From: Desulfatiglandales bacterium
GTDB lineage: Bacteria; Desulfobacterota; DSM-4660; Desulfatiglandales; Desulfatiglandaceae
Assembly (NCBI GenBank): GCA_963662465.1
Contig: OY759599.1
Location: 3,008,001-3,072,000 of the forward strand
DNA: 64,000 bases
Direction of reading: 5' to 3'
Part shown: piece after piece, positions 10,888 through 23,376 of the stretch
Position numbering within the stretch: position 1 is the stretch's first letter
How the letters are laid out: every line of letters begins with the position of its first letter
Program-made: the position numbers and the translations under genes
The notes under the pieces: generated by a model
What the model was told of the DNA's origin: nothing
The model's database searches: none
Seen by the model: the letters and a program-made list of their open reading frames with translations, nothing else

Positions 10888-11556
10888 TCATTGTCCCGCC
10901 TCCATCCCCGCGCTGATATAAACCGCCGCCAGGATAGCAAAAATATAAGCCTGCACCAGCCCCGTCAACAGTCCCAGGAGCTGCATGAGGATGGGAAAGA
11001 TCAGGGGGGCAATAATCAGCAGAATGCCCCCGATCATGGAACTGCTCATGACGTTTCCGAAGAGTCGCACGGACAGCGCCAACGTCCGGCTCAATTCTCC
11101 CATGATATTAAAGGGCAGCATGAAGGGCGTGGGACGCAGATAATTTTGAAGATACCGCCCAAACCCAATTTCTCCGATCCCGTAGATGGGCACCGCCGCA
11201 AATACGCAGCCGGCAAGACCCGCCGAGGTGGAAAGGGACCCGGTGGGCGGCTCAAAACCGGGGATAATGGAGAGCAGATTACACACGGCGATAAACAAAA
11301 AAAGGGTTCCCAGGAAGGGGAGTAACCCCTTGGGTTGATGGGGCGAAATCTCCCGAAGCTGCTGATCGATGCCGTGAACCACCACCTCCAGCACATGCTG
11401 CACCCGTGAGATATGCACCCCCGTGCCCAATCTCCGCGTCACCAGCCAGGACCCCACCGTGAGCAGCGCCATGACAACCCAGGTGAACAAAATGGTGCTG
11501 TTCAATTCAAACAAGCCGAAACGCCACCAGATATGATCATCAGGACTGAGCTGCAT
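10888..11556 (-). CDS. atpB: N-ATPase a subunit
   Basis: SRTLALSVRLFGN, VQAYIFAILAAVYI. Confidence 0.95.
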   Translation of the reverse strand: MQLSPDDHIWWRFGLFELNSTILFTWVVMALLTVGSWLVTRRLGTGVHISRVQHVLEVVVHGIDQQLREISPHQPKGLLPFLGTLFLFIAVCNLLSIIPGFEPPTGSLSTSAGLAGCVFAAVPIYGIGEIGFGRYLQNYLRPTPFMLPFNIMGELSRTLALSVRLFGNVMSSSMIGGILLIIAPLIFPILMQLLGLLTGLVQAYIFAILAAVYISAGMEAGQ

Positions 11557-11842
11557 GCTCTTTTTCTCCGTTTTTGGGACCCAGGACGCGGGTCAGAATA
11601 ATTCTAACGCCGAAAAAAGCCACAACCGTAAAGAGAAGCGCCACACCACCCTTTTGAACCACAATCCAGAAACCGGCCAGAACCCCGGCCACACGCACCA
11701 GATAACTGACCGCCAGCCGGCGTTTGGGGCACTTCTTCCCCGGCATTGTCTTCAGGGTCATCCATAACCCCCCGAAATAGAACAACCCCAGGACCACACC
11801 CCACAAAAAAGCCAGTCCCCACAGAGTCACATCACAACGCAT
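11540..11842 (-). CDS. atpR: N-ATPase AtpR subunit
   Basis: Small hydrophobic protein LGLFYFGGLWMT...SYLVRV at the atpR position. Confidence 0.85.
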   Translation of the reverse strand: MRCDVTLWGLAFLWGVVLGLFYFGGLWMTLKTMPGKKCPKRRLAVSYLVRVAGVLAGFWIVVQKGGVALLFTVVAFFGVRIILTRVLGPKNGEKEHAAQS

Positions 11843-11863
11843 CCATTTCTCCTATGTCCGCCC

Positions 11864-11900
11864 TCTGACCTCCGACCTCTGCCCCCTGACCTCCGACCTC
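11864..11900. repeat. 7-bp tandem repeat (CTGACCT/CCGACCT) at the atpQ-atpR junction
   Basis: ctctgacctccgacctctgccccctgacctccgacctc. Confidence 0.65.
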
Positions 11901-12208
11901 ACCCTTCCCGCTCCCGATTAATGGCGCTCCGCTGCCGATTAATCCAGAACCACGCATTAAGACAGCCCACAATCAGGCCGATCATGAGGAGCATGAGGGT
12001 CCAGGAATAGGAACTCGGCCATTTCAAATCGATCCACACCCCCAGAAAAATGCCCAGCACCGTGGGAATAGCCACGGCCCATCCCACCACGCCGAAAAGC
12101 CCCAAACCGAACCACACCTCGTCGGTCTTCCGGTTCCGGGCCCGCAGTTTGCGTTTCTCCCGGATGTCGATCTCCCGGGAAAAGCGTTTTCCGTGTTTTG
12201 CCGCATCA

Positions 12209-12216
<8 letters not shown>
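11899..12216 (-). CDS. atpQ: N-ATPase AtpQ (AtpZ/AtpI family)
   Basis: WFGLGLFGVVGWAVAIPT...GCLNAWFW; start overlaps atpC stop. Confidence 0.85.
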
Positions 12217-14037
<1,821 letters not shown>

Positions 14038-14110
14038 TTAGTCATAAACATGATGATTTAATTCTTAACATGAATTCATGATACAATCTACTTCAAAATG
14101 AAACCGTAAT

Positions 14111-16471
14111 ATGGTAAAAATTCGCGACTCTGCAATTTGCACCAAACCAGTCCTACTGTTTTATGGAGGTTTCCCTATGAGTCCACTGCAACGTCTCCGC
14201 CCTTTCGCGGGCCGGTTGCTTTTGATGGTCCTGCTGTTGTACGCCCTTCCGGTCCTCGCCTACGAACCGGCGCCGGATCCTCGCGACACCGCCCTCGCTT
14301 CTTCCGAGGAAGAAATTGAGGATCTCCTGGGCATCATGGAAAGCCCCACAAAACGGGAAGCCTTTATCAAAAACCTGAAAGGTCTCCTGGATGCCAAAAG
14401 GGCCATGGAGGAAAAAAAGGCGCGTAAAGAAGCCGGCGAGAAGGACGAACAAACGGTAATCCTTCGCCTGGTTTTTGATCAACTGGACCGGATTTCCATG
14501 GATTTTCAAAGGGAAACCATCGCCCTGGAGCTTATGGCGGAGGAACTGCCGGAAACCTTTGCGGCGGCAAAAACATTTTTTCTCAAAACGGAAAACCGCC
14601 CTCGCCTGCGGGTCCTGCTCCTGGACGCTGCGGTGGCGCTCCTGGCGGCACTGTTGTTCACCCTTTTCCTGCGGCGTCCGCTCCGTTCGGCAACAGTCAG
14701 AATGAAAAACCTTCCCTCAAAAATAGGATGGGGGTTTGTTTACATCCTCCTCAAAGCGCTGCCCTTTGCCGTTCTATTTATCCTGTTCGACATCATGTTT
14801 CGATCCTTTCCGTCATTTTCCAAGGGCCGCACCCTTGTTCTCCTCCTGTTCACCCTGCTGTTTTTCTACCAGGTGGTCATGGCCGCTTTGCATGTCATCT
14901 TCTCCCCAGAAGAAACACATGCCCGCCTGGCGCCATTTTCCGACGAAGACGCCAACTACCTGTGGATCTGGGCGCGACGCTTTGCCCTTTACACCTTCTT
15001 CTATCTGATGGTCACCCGGTCATTTCTGTGGACCCAGGAACCGCAGATCTATTATGCCTACCTTCGAGGCTTGCTGCTGCTGCCTTTTCCCCTCATGCTC
15101 ACCGTGTTCATTTTCCAGTTGGCCCGTGAAATTCGTATGAAGCACGCACGCGCACCCGAAACGGATAAAAAGCCGTCAGGGGCTGTAAAACCAGGAGAAA
15201 ATTCAAAGAAGAAACGAAACCGAATCACCTTGGAATTCATCCGATACTGGCCCATCCTGGCCACCGGTTATGCCTGGGCCTTTTTTCTGTCGCTCATCAT
15301 GAAATATGAAAAGGGCTTCGAGTACCTTTTTCGCGCGACATTGGGAACGGCGGTCGCAGCCATCCTGCTGGTCGTTTCATTTCGCGCCCTGGACCTGATC
15401 TTCACCCGGTTTTTCCGAATCAACCAGCTTGCCAGGCAGCGTTTCCCCGGCATGGAAGAAAAAGCCAACCGGTATTTGCTGATTGTCAAGAAGGGTCTGA
15501 GAATATTCATGTTGCTGGTCGGTTCGGGGGTCGTGGGCCAGATCTGGGGAATTCCCGTATCCACTTTCGTGGCCTCGAACACGGGGGCCACAATCATCCT
15601 TCGAATCGTGGCCATCAGCTTCACCATCACCATCATCGTAGCCGCCATTGAAATCAACAATGCCATCTCCGCTTATCTTCTCAAGGAAAAGCGAGGCGGT
15701 AAAAAAAGAGAGGTCACCCAAAAAACGAAAACCCTCATTCCGGTCATTCAGACCGCCATCAACATCGCCGTCGGTTTCGTGGGAGGCATCGTCGTACTGG
15801 AACGACTGGGGGTCAATACCACGCCCATCCTGGCCGGTGCGGGAATCGTGGGTCTGGCGGTGGGGTTCGGCAGCCAGACCCTGGTAAAGGACCTCATCAG
15901 CGGCCTTTTCATTCTATTTGAAGAAAGCATTCGCGTGGGAGACTGGGCCATGGTGGGGAAACAGGGCGGGTCAGTGGAATCAGTGGGTCTCAGGACCGTA
16001 AAACTCAGGGACATGAACGGCACCCTTCATGTGATCTCCAACAGCAGTATCGATAGTCTGAGCAATTTTTCCAAGGTCTTTTCACGAACCGTCATGGATA
16101 TCGGCGTGGCCTACCGGGAAGATATAGATCAGGTCATTGAGATATTGAAGGAACTAGGTAAAGAACTTCAAAATGATCCGGAATATGGGCCTGATATCAT
16201 GGAGCCCCTGGAGGTTTTCGGGCTGGACCGCTTTGAAGACTCGGCGGTGATCATTCGCGCCCGATTCAAAACCAAACCCTTGAAACAATGGGGCATCAAA
16301 CGCGCCTTTTACCGGCTCATGAAGCGAACCTTTGATGAACGGGGCATTGAAATCCCCTTTCCCCATCGCACCCTCTATATGGGAGAACCCAAACAAGGGA
16401 CCGCCCCACCCCTATATGTCAATGTGGAACCCCATAAGACGGGGCAAAATCCGGTTGAAACCGGAAACTAA
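14111..16471 (+). CDS. Mechanosensitive channel, MscS family (YbiO-like) with large N-terminal region
   Basis: ILAGAGIVGLAVGFGSQTLVKD, GIEIPFPHR; start may be the ATG at 14177. Confidence 0.9.
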   Translation: MVKIRDSAICTKPVLLFYGGFPMSPLQRLRPFAGRLLLMVLLLYALPVLAYEPAPDPRDTALASSEEEIEDLLGIMESPTKREAFIKNLKGLLDAKRAMEEKKARKEAGEKDEQTVILRLVFDQLDRISMDFQRETIALELMAEELPETFAAAKTFFLKTENRPRLRVLLLDAAVALLAALLFTLFLRRPLRSATVRMKNLPSKIGWGFVYILLKALPFAVLFILFDIMFRSFPSFSKGRTLVLLLFTLLFFYQVVMAALHVIFSPEETHARLAPFSDEDANYLWIWARRFALYTFFYLMVTRSFLWTQEPQIYYAYLRGLLLLPFPLMLTVFIFQLAREIRMKHARAPETDKKPSGAVKPGENSKKKRNRITLEFIRYWPILATGYAWAFFLSLIMKYEKGFEYLFRATLGTAVAAILLVVSFRALDLIFTRFFRINQLARQRFPGMEEKANRYLLIVKKGLRIFMLLVGSGVVGQIWGIPVSTFVASNTGATIILRIVAISFTITIIVAAIEINNAISAYLLKEKRGGKKREVTQKTKTLIPVIQTAINIAVGFVGGIVVLERLGVNTTPILAGAGIVGLAVGFGSQTLVKDLISGLFILFEESIRVGDWAMVGKQGGSVESVGLRTVKLRDMNGTLHVISNSSIDSLSNFSKVFSRTVMDIGVAYREDIDQVIEILKELGKELQNDPEYGPDIMEPLEVFGLDRFEDSAVIIRARFKTKPLKQWGIKRAFYRLMKRTFDERGIEIPFPHRTLYMGEPKQGTAPPLYVNVEPHKTGQNPVETGN

Positions 16472-16484
16472 GGCGGCAAGCCGC

Positions 16485-16566
16485 AGTTTTAAGTTTTAAG
16501 TTTTAAGTCTTCCCATCAATCATTTTTTTGTTTTTAACTTAAAACTTAAAACCTAAAACTTAAAAC
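16485..16566. repeat. Inverted pair of 7-bp tandem repeats (AGTTTTA)n...(TAAAACT)n
   Basis: agttttaagttttaagttttaagt ... aacttaaaacttaaaacctaaaacttaaaac between mscS and corA. Confidence 0.8.
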
Positions 16567-16593
16567 CGTGTCTAAAGCAGGAGGTCATCCATT

Positions 16594-17670
<1,077 letters not shown>

Positions 17671-17744
17671 ATTAAAAATCGCCGGCAATTCCAACTGTGT
17701 TGATTATGCTCGGTCAAGCCCTCTTTGTTGATCTGGGAAAAAGA

Positions 17745-18107
17745 TTAGGCGGCAGACCTCTGTGGTTTGTTGTATCCTCTGTCGCCATATGGCGTTAGCG
17801 TCTCAGTCCAATGTTCTTCGAGAAAACTAAGATCTTCAGCAGGATCATAAGTAGGATCATCCAACGGTTTTAGGACTTCAAGCGCCTTGAACTCAAACAC
17901 TTCAGGACCAAATTGTTTCCATTCGCACTGCAACGCATTATTGCGGCAACAGCCCATCTTCAACTCAGCTCTAAACCGATTAAGTATAGCCGGCAAATTA
18001 TGGCTCGATCCGATTAGAACCTTGCCATTCATCTTGTTTTTTATCTGATAGACACCCATGGGACGAGGCGTATCTTTATATTCTTGTATCTTGGCTTTTC
18101 TGTCCAT
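17745..18107 (-). CDS. GIY-YIG-like domain protein
   Basis: GVYQIKN...LIGSS...NR...LQCEWKQFG. Confidence 0.75.
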   Translation of the reverse strand: MDRKAKIQEYKDTPRPMGVYQIKNKMNGKVLIGSSHNLPAILNRFRAELKMGCCRNNALQCEWKQFGPEVFEFKALEVLKPLDDPTYDPAEDLSFLEEHWTETLTPYGDRGYNKPQRSAA

Positions 18108-18123
18108 CTTTCCTTACCTATGA

Positions 18124-18558
18124 TTAGTTGATATTCCCACCAAGAAGACTGAGCGCACTTAATATCTCACTAAAACCGCTTTCTTCTAATTTGGAAAGGA
18201 TTTCCCGTGAAGTAGCATTCAGGCTTAGGGTTGCTTCTTGGAGAATTCTTTTTCCAGAAGTTGATAACTTGACTAAGCTCACCCTAGCGTCACGCTTGTT
18301 AGCCTCTTTATGAACAAGACCGATTTTTTCCATGGGTGTAACCAATCGGGTTATCCCGGATGCAGAGAGACCGATTTTTTCAGCTAAATCAATCCGTCTC
18401 ATCTTTTTTTCCATTGCTTGATCTAAATGAAAAAGGATCATGAATTCTGAGAAATTGATGCCATGAATACTCAGTTGATTATCTAATTTCTTTGAGATGT
18501 TCGTGTGAACTACTGAGAAATTAAGGCAAAATTTTGAGTATCGTGTAAGTTCGTGCAT
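18124..18558 (-). CDS. MarR-family transcriptional regulator
   Basis: DLAEKIGLSASGITRLV...EKIGLV...RDARVSLVKL. Confidence 0.9.
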   Translation of the reverse strand: MHELTRYSKFCLNFSVVHTNISKKLDNQLSIHGINFSEFMILFHLDQAMEKKMRRIDLAEKIGLSASGITRLVTPMEKIGLVHKEANKRDARVSLVKLSTSGKRILQEATLSLNATSREILSKLEESGFSEILSALSLLGGNIN

Positions 18559-18563
18559 GTTTA

Positions 18564-18607
18564 TATCCTTTACATATGCTTGACTACTCAAGTATATGTA
18601 AAGGATA
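18564..18607. promoter_or_regulatory. 44-bp palindrome over the marR RBS/promoter, probable MarR operator
   Basis: TATCCTTTACATATGCTTGA-CTAC-TCAAGTATATGTAAAGGATA, 19 of 20 arm positions match. Confidence 0.7.
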
Positions 18608-18946
18608 CTGTCTCGTCAAGGGTAAACTGACGCTTTAAACGGTTTTTTTTTCGTGTGTTTCACGGCTGGAAATCTTATAAAGGCCCCATTTCACCTTCAA
18701 GGCACCGTCAGTAAGAATACAGAGCGGGTTTCATGCTCAGAATGGTTCTGTAATCAATATGAAACAGGAGTAAGATAGGATTACGGAGAGTACCCTTAGA
18801 ATGAATTACCTGCTAGAATAAAAGCATTTTTCGCAATGTAATATTTCTTCAGCAACCATACAGGTTCCTTTTTTGATAGTGTTATGGCAAAAATTTTCGC
18901 TTGAAGTGGTTTAAAAAAAGACCTAAAATAAGACCCGAATATATAC

Positions 18947-19658
18947 CGACCTGTTCTCAAAAAACCATATTTTACAGGAGGTTACAAAATCATGCTCAGT
19001 GCGGAACATATGAAATCTCTACCCGACTTTTTTGCTCAAATTCCCGACCCGCGTCGATCCCGGGGACGACGTCACAGGCTCTCCACTGTTCTGGCCATTG
19101 CCACCGCCGCAACACTGTGCGGAATGCGCGGTTATCTGGCGATATCCGATTGGGTACCTGTATTTTGAGGGCTGCAACGATCCTGATTTCATACAACACG
19201 ATGCTCCCGATCATGGTCGCATCGAAGTGCGCAAAATATGGACGACTACCGAACTTAACCTATACCTGGATTTCCCGTATGTCGGCCAGGCTTTTATGAT
19301 CCAGAGAGAAGTTACAAACAAGAAAACCGGTAAATGCACAGTTGAGGTTGCTTACGGCATAACGAGTCAATCACCTGATCAGGCGAATCCCGAACGTGTA
19401 CTTTCTATCAATCGCGGTCACTGGACCATTGAAAACGAGTGCCATTACATCATCGACTGGAACTACGACGAAGATCGAAGCCGAATAAGAACCGGCAATG
19501 GTCCTGAAAACATGACCAGGCTGCGTAGATTCGCGGTGGGCATCATTAAGGCGAAAGGCGTTCGCAGTGTAGCCCAGAAAATGCGCCAGCTCACGCAGAA
19601 CGTAAGGGGTGTCTTCGACTATCTCAAGATGACCAAAAATTCAGTGCCCCAAGCGTGA
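18947..19658 (+). pseudogene. ISAs1-family transposase remnant with internal deletion and frameshift
   Basis: MKSLPDFFAQIPDPRRSRGRRHRLSTVLAIA...ISDW, then a frame change near 19155 to HGRIEVR...RGHWTIEN...DEDRSRIRTG. Confidence 0.85.
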
Positions 19659-19885
19659 TACCTGTTAGAACAAATTTACCGTGTCAAGAAGGCTGGTATT
19701 GTGGCACGGAATTTGTTATATGGGGAATGGTTCGTAATGGAAAACAGGGATGGTACGCTCGGCAAAAAAATTGGGGTTGACGGGTGTGTCTTTTCGATTT
19801 TGACTCGGCCATATTTCCAATAACGCACTAATAAACAGTGGTTCCGTATGCGAAGGAACAACTCAATGCAAAAGGAGGAGTAAGT

Positions 19886-20398
19886 ATGAAGAGGGTTTTA
19901 ATAACAGTGCTGGTGGGTCTTCTAAGTTCGGCAGTTTTGTGTATGTCTACTTTTGCGCAGACTGAAAGACCGGAGAATTCCATGGCCCAGGATATGCTGA
20001 TCAAGAGTGAGGTGGAAACTGCGGTAAGTATGCTTCAGGCAATCCATGCAAAGCATCAACGGGGGGAAATGACCCTTGAGGAGGCAAAAGAGCTTGGTAC
20101 CGACCTGCTGCGGGAACTTAGGTACGGCACTGACGGGTATTTCTGGGCCGATACGACGGAAGGCGTCAATGTGGTCCTGTATGGCCGAAAGGATGTGGAG
20201 GGAAGAAATCGGCTTGAGGACAAGGACCCAAAGGGCACGTACTACGTAAAGGAGTTTCTGGCAAAAGGGAAAGCCGGTGGCGGGTATGCCGAGTACTGGT
20301 TTCCGAAGAAGAGACAAACCATCGCACAACCCAAGAGGTCATATACGCTGCTGTTTGAAGGATTCGGATGGGTTGTCGGTAGTGGGTACTACCGCTGA
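19886..20398 (+). CDS. Secreted stand-alone single Cache domain protein
   Basis: GGAGG RBS, signal peptide, LRYGTDGYFW...GGGYAEYWFPK...WVVGSGYY. Confidence 0.85.
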   Translation: MKRVLITVLVGLLSSAVLCMSTFAQTERPENSMAQDMLIKSEVETAVSMLQAIHAKHQRGEMTLEEAKELGTDLLRELRYGTDGYFWADTTEGVNVVLYGRKDVEGRNRLEDKDPKGTYYVKEFLAKGKAGGGYAEYWFPKKRQTIAQPKRSYTLLFEGFGWVVGSGYYR

Positions 20399-20436
20399 AA
20401 ACGCCAAAGGATAGCACAAGGTTCATATCGTGAATT

Positions 20437-20497
20437 GCCCAACAAGGCAAATGCAGCCGGCGCTCGACAACTCGCACGGCTGATTTTCGCGTTAACT
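20437..20497 (+). other. attC-like integron cassette recombination site
   Basis: GCCCAAC...AAATGCAGCCG...CGGCTGATTT...GTTAACT: R'' box, L boxes with one unpaired base, R' GTT; 61 bp. Confidence 0.6.
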
Positions 20498-20800
20498 TGC
20501 GACACAAAGTCGCATAGTTTGAGTGTATTTAGGTATTTACCTTGAGTACCCGGCATGTTCCTGCCGGACCCTACGCAGGCGTGCTGCCGGCGCACTGATG
20601 CCGGGGTACGAAGCCCTACGGACAACGTACCGAATTGGGTTCAAATGGTGACGGGAGAACCCCTCCGGGAATCCTCCCCCAGTTAAGGGCCAGGGTCGGA
20701 TAATATGGTGAAGATATCTGAACGTCTTTAAGCGTCGATTACAAGCACAAACTGAAGGAATATCTCATGGTCCGCCCTTGGTATAAATCCAAGCATTTCC

Positions 20801-21667
20801 TTAAAACCCAAATATCGAATCAATCTCCTTCGTAAAAAGCGGATAGAGAAGATTTTGAGCCTTTTTCCATCGAAGCGGAAATCCCGGATCAACAATTCTT
20901 TCCTTTACCGCCAGTTCCTGAAGTCGCTGTATCATGGTATGTCCCGAAACCAGCTGACTGCACGCTTCCGTGCAAATCTGACACGTGATACACAGCCAGA
21001 TGGAGGGAGATTTGAGAATTTCTTTTTCCAATCCCAGGTTGACCATGCGAAAAATCCATTGGGGGTCAAAGATGTTTCGTTCAAAACAGATGGGACAGGC
21101 ATTGGTGCATTCCGAACAGTTGAAACATGAAGCCGTTGCCGAACGTTCGGCCTCATCCAGGAACCCCTGGGAAGGCGACAGATCCGATAAACATACATCT
21201 TCCGTTATAATCTCAATGGGGCTCTCCAGCCACTCCCGCCACTGAAATTGGGAAATGGAGGTCATCTCCCCTTTGAGGCATTGTTCTGCAACCCGCCAGC
21301 GAACCCGCTGAAACCGTGCATAGAAATCCCTGTAGCGTGAAAGGGTTTCCTCGGAATATAAATGGGTGCGAACCGCCTCTTTGAGCAAAAACCCAATCAC
21401 CGTTTCCGGCTCACAGGCATTGGGACAAGAACGGGTACAACGTTTGCACGCCAGGCAATACCAAATTTCCGGCAAGGCCACCAATTCATCCAAGAGCCCC
21501 AGGTTTGCCATGCGCAAAACTTTTTGAGGACGTAAACGGCTCGATCCCAGAAAAACCGGACATTCCGAATCACAGGCGCTGCAAGCCCAGCAAAGAGAAG
21601 CGTTGGCCTTGGTTTTTTCCTGTATCGCTTTTCTTGCTTCCGGACTGGGGGTAGAATATGTGGTCAT
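20801..21667 (-). CDS. Tandem HdrC-like 4Fe-4S dicluster protein
   Basis: Four CxxCxxCxxxC motifs in two repeated units (CWACSACDSECP, CLACKRCTRSCP, CFNCSECTNACP, CITCQICTEACS). Confidence 0.85.
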   Translation of the reverse strand: MTTYSTPSPEARKAIQEKTKANASLCWACSACDSECPVFLGSSRLRPQKVLRMANLGLLDELVALPEIWYCLACKRCTRSCPNACEPETVIGFLLKEAVRTHLYSEETLSRYRDFYARFQRVRWRVAEQCLKGEMTSISQFQWREWLESPIEIITEDVCLSDLSPSQGFLDEAERSATASCFNCSECTNACPICFERNIFDPQWIFRMVNLGLEKEILKSPSIWLCITCQICTEACSQLVSGHTMIQRLQELAVKERIVDPGFPLRWKKAQNLLYPLFTKEIDSIFGF

Positions 21668-21798
21668 GTCTCCATTTCCTCCTGCTTTATTTACACCCTG
21701 AGACTCCTTGCATTTTCTTCCCTCGGCTGACAACCGGCGTTGCAAGGCATGATAAGGGAAAAAGCGTACCATTTTCCCCGTCGGGAAGTCAATGCATC

Positions 21799-22506
21799 CT
21801 AAGATCTTTTCAAAACTTCTCCCTGGGTGCTGATGACCACGGTTTCCATTGGAATCGCCTTTTCAGCAACCGCCATGGCCCGCCTGATCATCGTGGGCAA
21901 TCCGGAGCAGCAGGGAACTTCCATAATCAATATCGTAATGCTTTTGATTTCCACTGCCTTGAAAATATCCGTAAACTTCTGAATATAGGCTTCCCCATCA
22001 TCGAACTTCGGGCATCCGATCATAACCACCTTTCCCTTAAGATAATCCTGGTGAAAATTGGCGCAGGCAACCGTCGTGCAATCCGCCGCAATCAGGAGGT
22101 CCGCGTCTTTCAAAAACGGGGCATGGGGCTGAACCAGATGGATCTGGACCGGCCAGTGGGAAAGCTTTGACATTCCCCCTTGCACGCCATCGGGAATAAA
22201 AGTCTGGATTTGGGAGGATGGACAACCGGCCGCGGGAAGGGTCTTTTCCGGTACTTTCGGCTTTTCCTTCAAATACTTTTCCACCGCTTCTTCATCAAAA
22301 TCATCTGCTTCACGCTCCACAATCCGAAGGGCATCATTGGGACATTCCCCCATACAGGCGCCCAATCCATCACAATACTTTTCCGCCACCACGCGGGCTT
22401 TGCCATCAATAACCTCAATGGCCCCTTCTGCACAGGCGGGCACGCATACGCCGCACCCATCGCAGCGTTCCTCATCTATTTCGATTATTTTACGCATGAC
22501 TTTCAT
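21799..22506 (-). CDS. 4Fe-4S ferredoxin-domain protein of the type often linked to hcp
   Basis: CDGCGVCVPAC, CDGLGACMGECP, WPVQIHL, GCPKFD, MEVPCCSGL. Confidence 0.85.
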   Translation of the reverse strand: MKVMRKIIEIDEERCDGCGVCVPACAEGAIEVIDGKARVVAEKYCDGLGACMGECPNDALRIVEREADDFDEEAVEKYLKEKPKVPEKTLPAAGCPSSQIQTFIPDGVQGGMSKLSHWPVQIHLVQPHAPFLKDADLLIAADCTTVACANFHQDYLKGKVVMIGCPKFDDGEAYIQKFTDIFKAVEIKSITILIMEVPCCSGLPTMIRRAMAVAEKAIPMETVVISTQGEVLKRS

Positions 22507-22523
22507 GCTCTTTCTCCTTTGCC

Positions 22524-23252
22524 TCATTTCAGAAGTGTTTTTTCGGCGAGTTTTCGACCGCTTTCAGTGAGAAATGATTTTGACAGCGTATGACGCAAGT
22601 TTTCCCTGTTCAATGGGTTTTTCTTTTGCGCTTCTTCCAGGTTGGCAATCAAATCCGCGTCGTAAAGACTCTTGAAATTGACGGTTTCCGCTTCTCGGGG
22701 ATGATGGTGATGGCCAATAATATCGCACACCTCATCAACGAGACCCTCAGCAGCTCCCAGCTTCTTCAAAATCTCCCTCGCAATAGGGGGGCCTTCCTGC
22801 TCCTGGTATTTGGCGGCGGTACTGTCATATTTCCGTTCAGCTTCCTTGATGCCGATGTCATGCAGATATGCCGCGGCCAGCACAACCGCCAGATTCCCCT
22901 GTTCCTCCCTGCCGATCTGCTCGGCATAGCGCGCTACGCGACTCGCATGACCGATTCTTTTAAAATCCTGTTTGAAATAGCGCTTCATTTCAATGGCGAC
23001 CCTGTCTTTCAGCAGATCTTCCTTGTCCTTAAGGAGTTCGGGAGGAAGATTTCCAATGCATTGCTCTGCGTACTGACAGTAGGAAGCACACCCGAAATCA
23101 AGATCGGGATTCAAAAAACGATGACCGCATTTGGGGCATTTTCGGGTGGGATCATCTTTAAAAAATTCCACTTCATTTCCACATTTTGGGCATTTGACAT
23201 CAAAAACCGCCCCTGCTTTCCAATACTGACTGTCCTGTCCCGGGCATTTCAT
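22524..23252 (-). CDS. HD-domain phosphohydrolase with N-terminal Cys-rich zinc ribbon
   Basis: MKCPGQD, CPKCG twice, AAYLHDIG, GHHHHP, DAD. Confidence 0.85.
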   Translation of the reverse strand: MKCPGQDSQYWKAGAVFDVKCPKCGNEVEFFKDDPTRKCPKCGHRFLNPDLDFGCASYCQYAEQCIGNLPPELLKDKEDLLKDRVAIEMKRYFKQDFKRIGHASRVARYAEQIGREEQGNLAVVLAAAYLHDIGIKEAERKYDSTAAKYQEQEGPPIAREILKKLGAAEGLVDEVCDIIGHHHHPREAETVNFKSLYDADLIANLEEAQKKNPLNRENLRHTLSKSFLTESGRKLAEKTLLK

Positions 23253-23332
23253 GATATCCTCCTTTTCGAATTGTTTCGTAAAAAGGCCCCAAAAGGCTCT
23301 TTTCAGATTTAACGACAGCAACATTTGACGCT

Positions 23333-23376
23333 ATTATGGTCCGCAAAAAAACAAATCACCTTGACTTAAGTCAAGG
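23333..23376 (-). promoter_or_regulatory. Crp/Fnr (HcpR-type) site plus -10 box, class II promoter geometry
   Basis: Perfect palindrome CCTTGACTTAAGTCAAGG at 23359-23376; CATAAT on minus strand at 23333-23338 puts the site centre near -41.5. Confidence 0.7.

Noticed and set aside
17690..17745. Second attC site after the GIY-YIG-like gene
   Set aside because: Only AAC...GTT ends on the minus strand; no convincing L-box pairing
20540..20700. GC-rich hairpins downstream of the attC-like site as an RNA gene
   Set aside because: No promoter/terminator frame or recognisable tRNA or riboswitch motif
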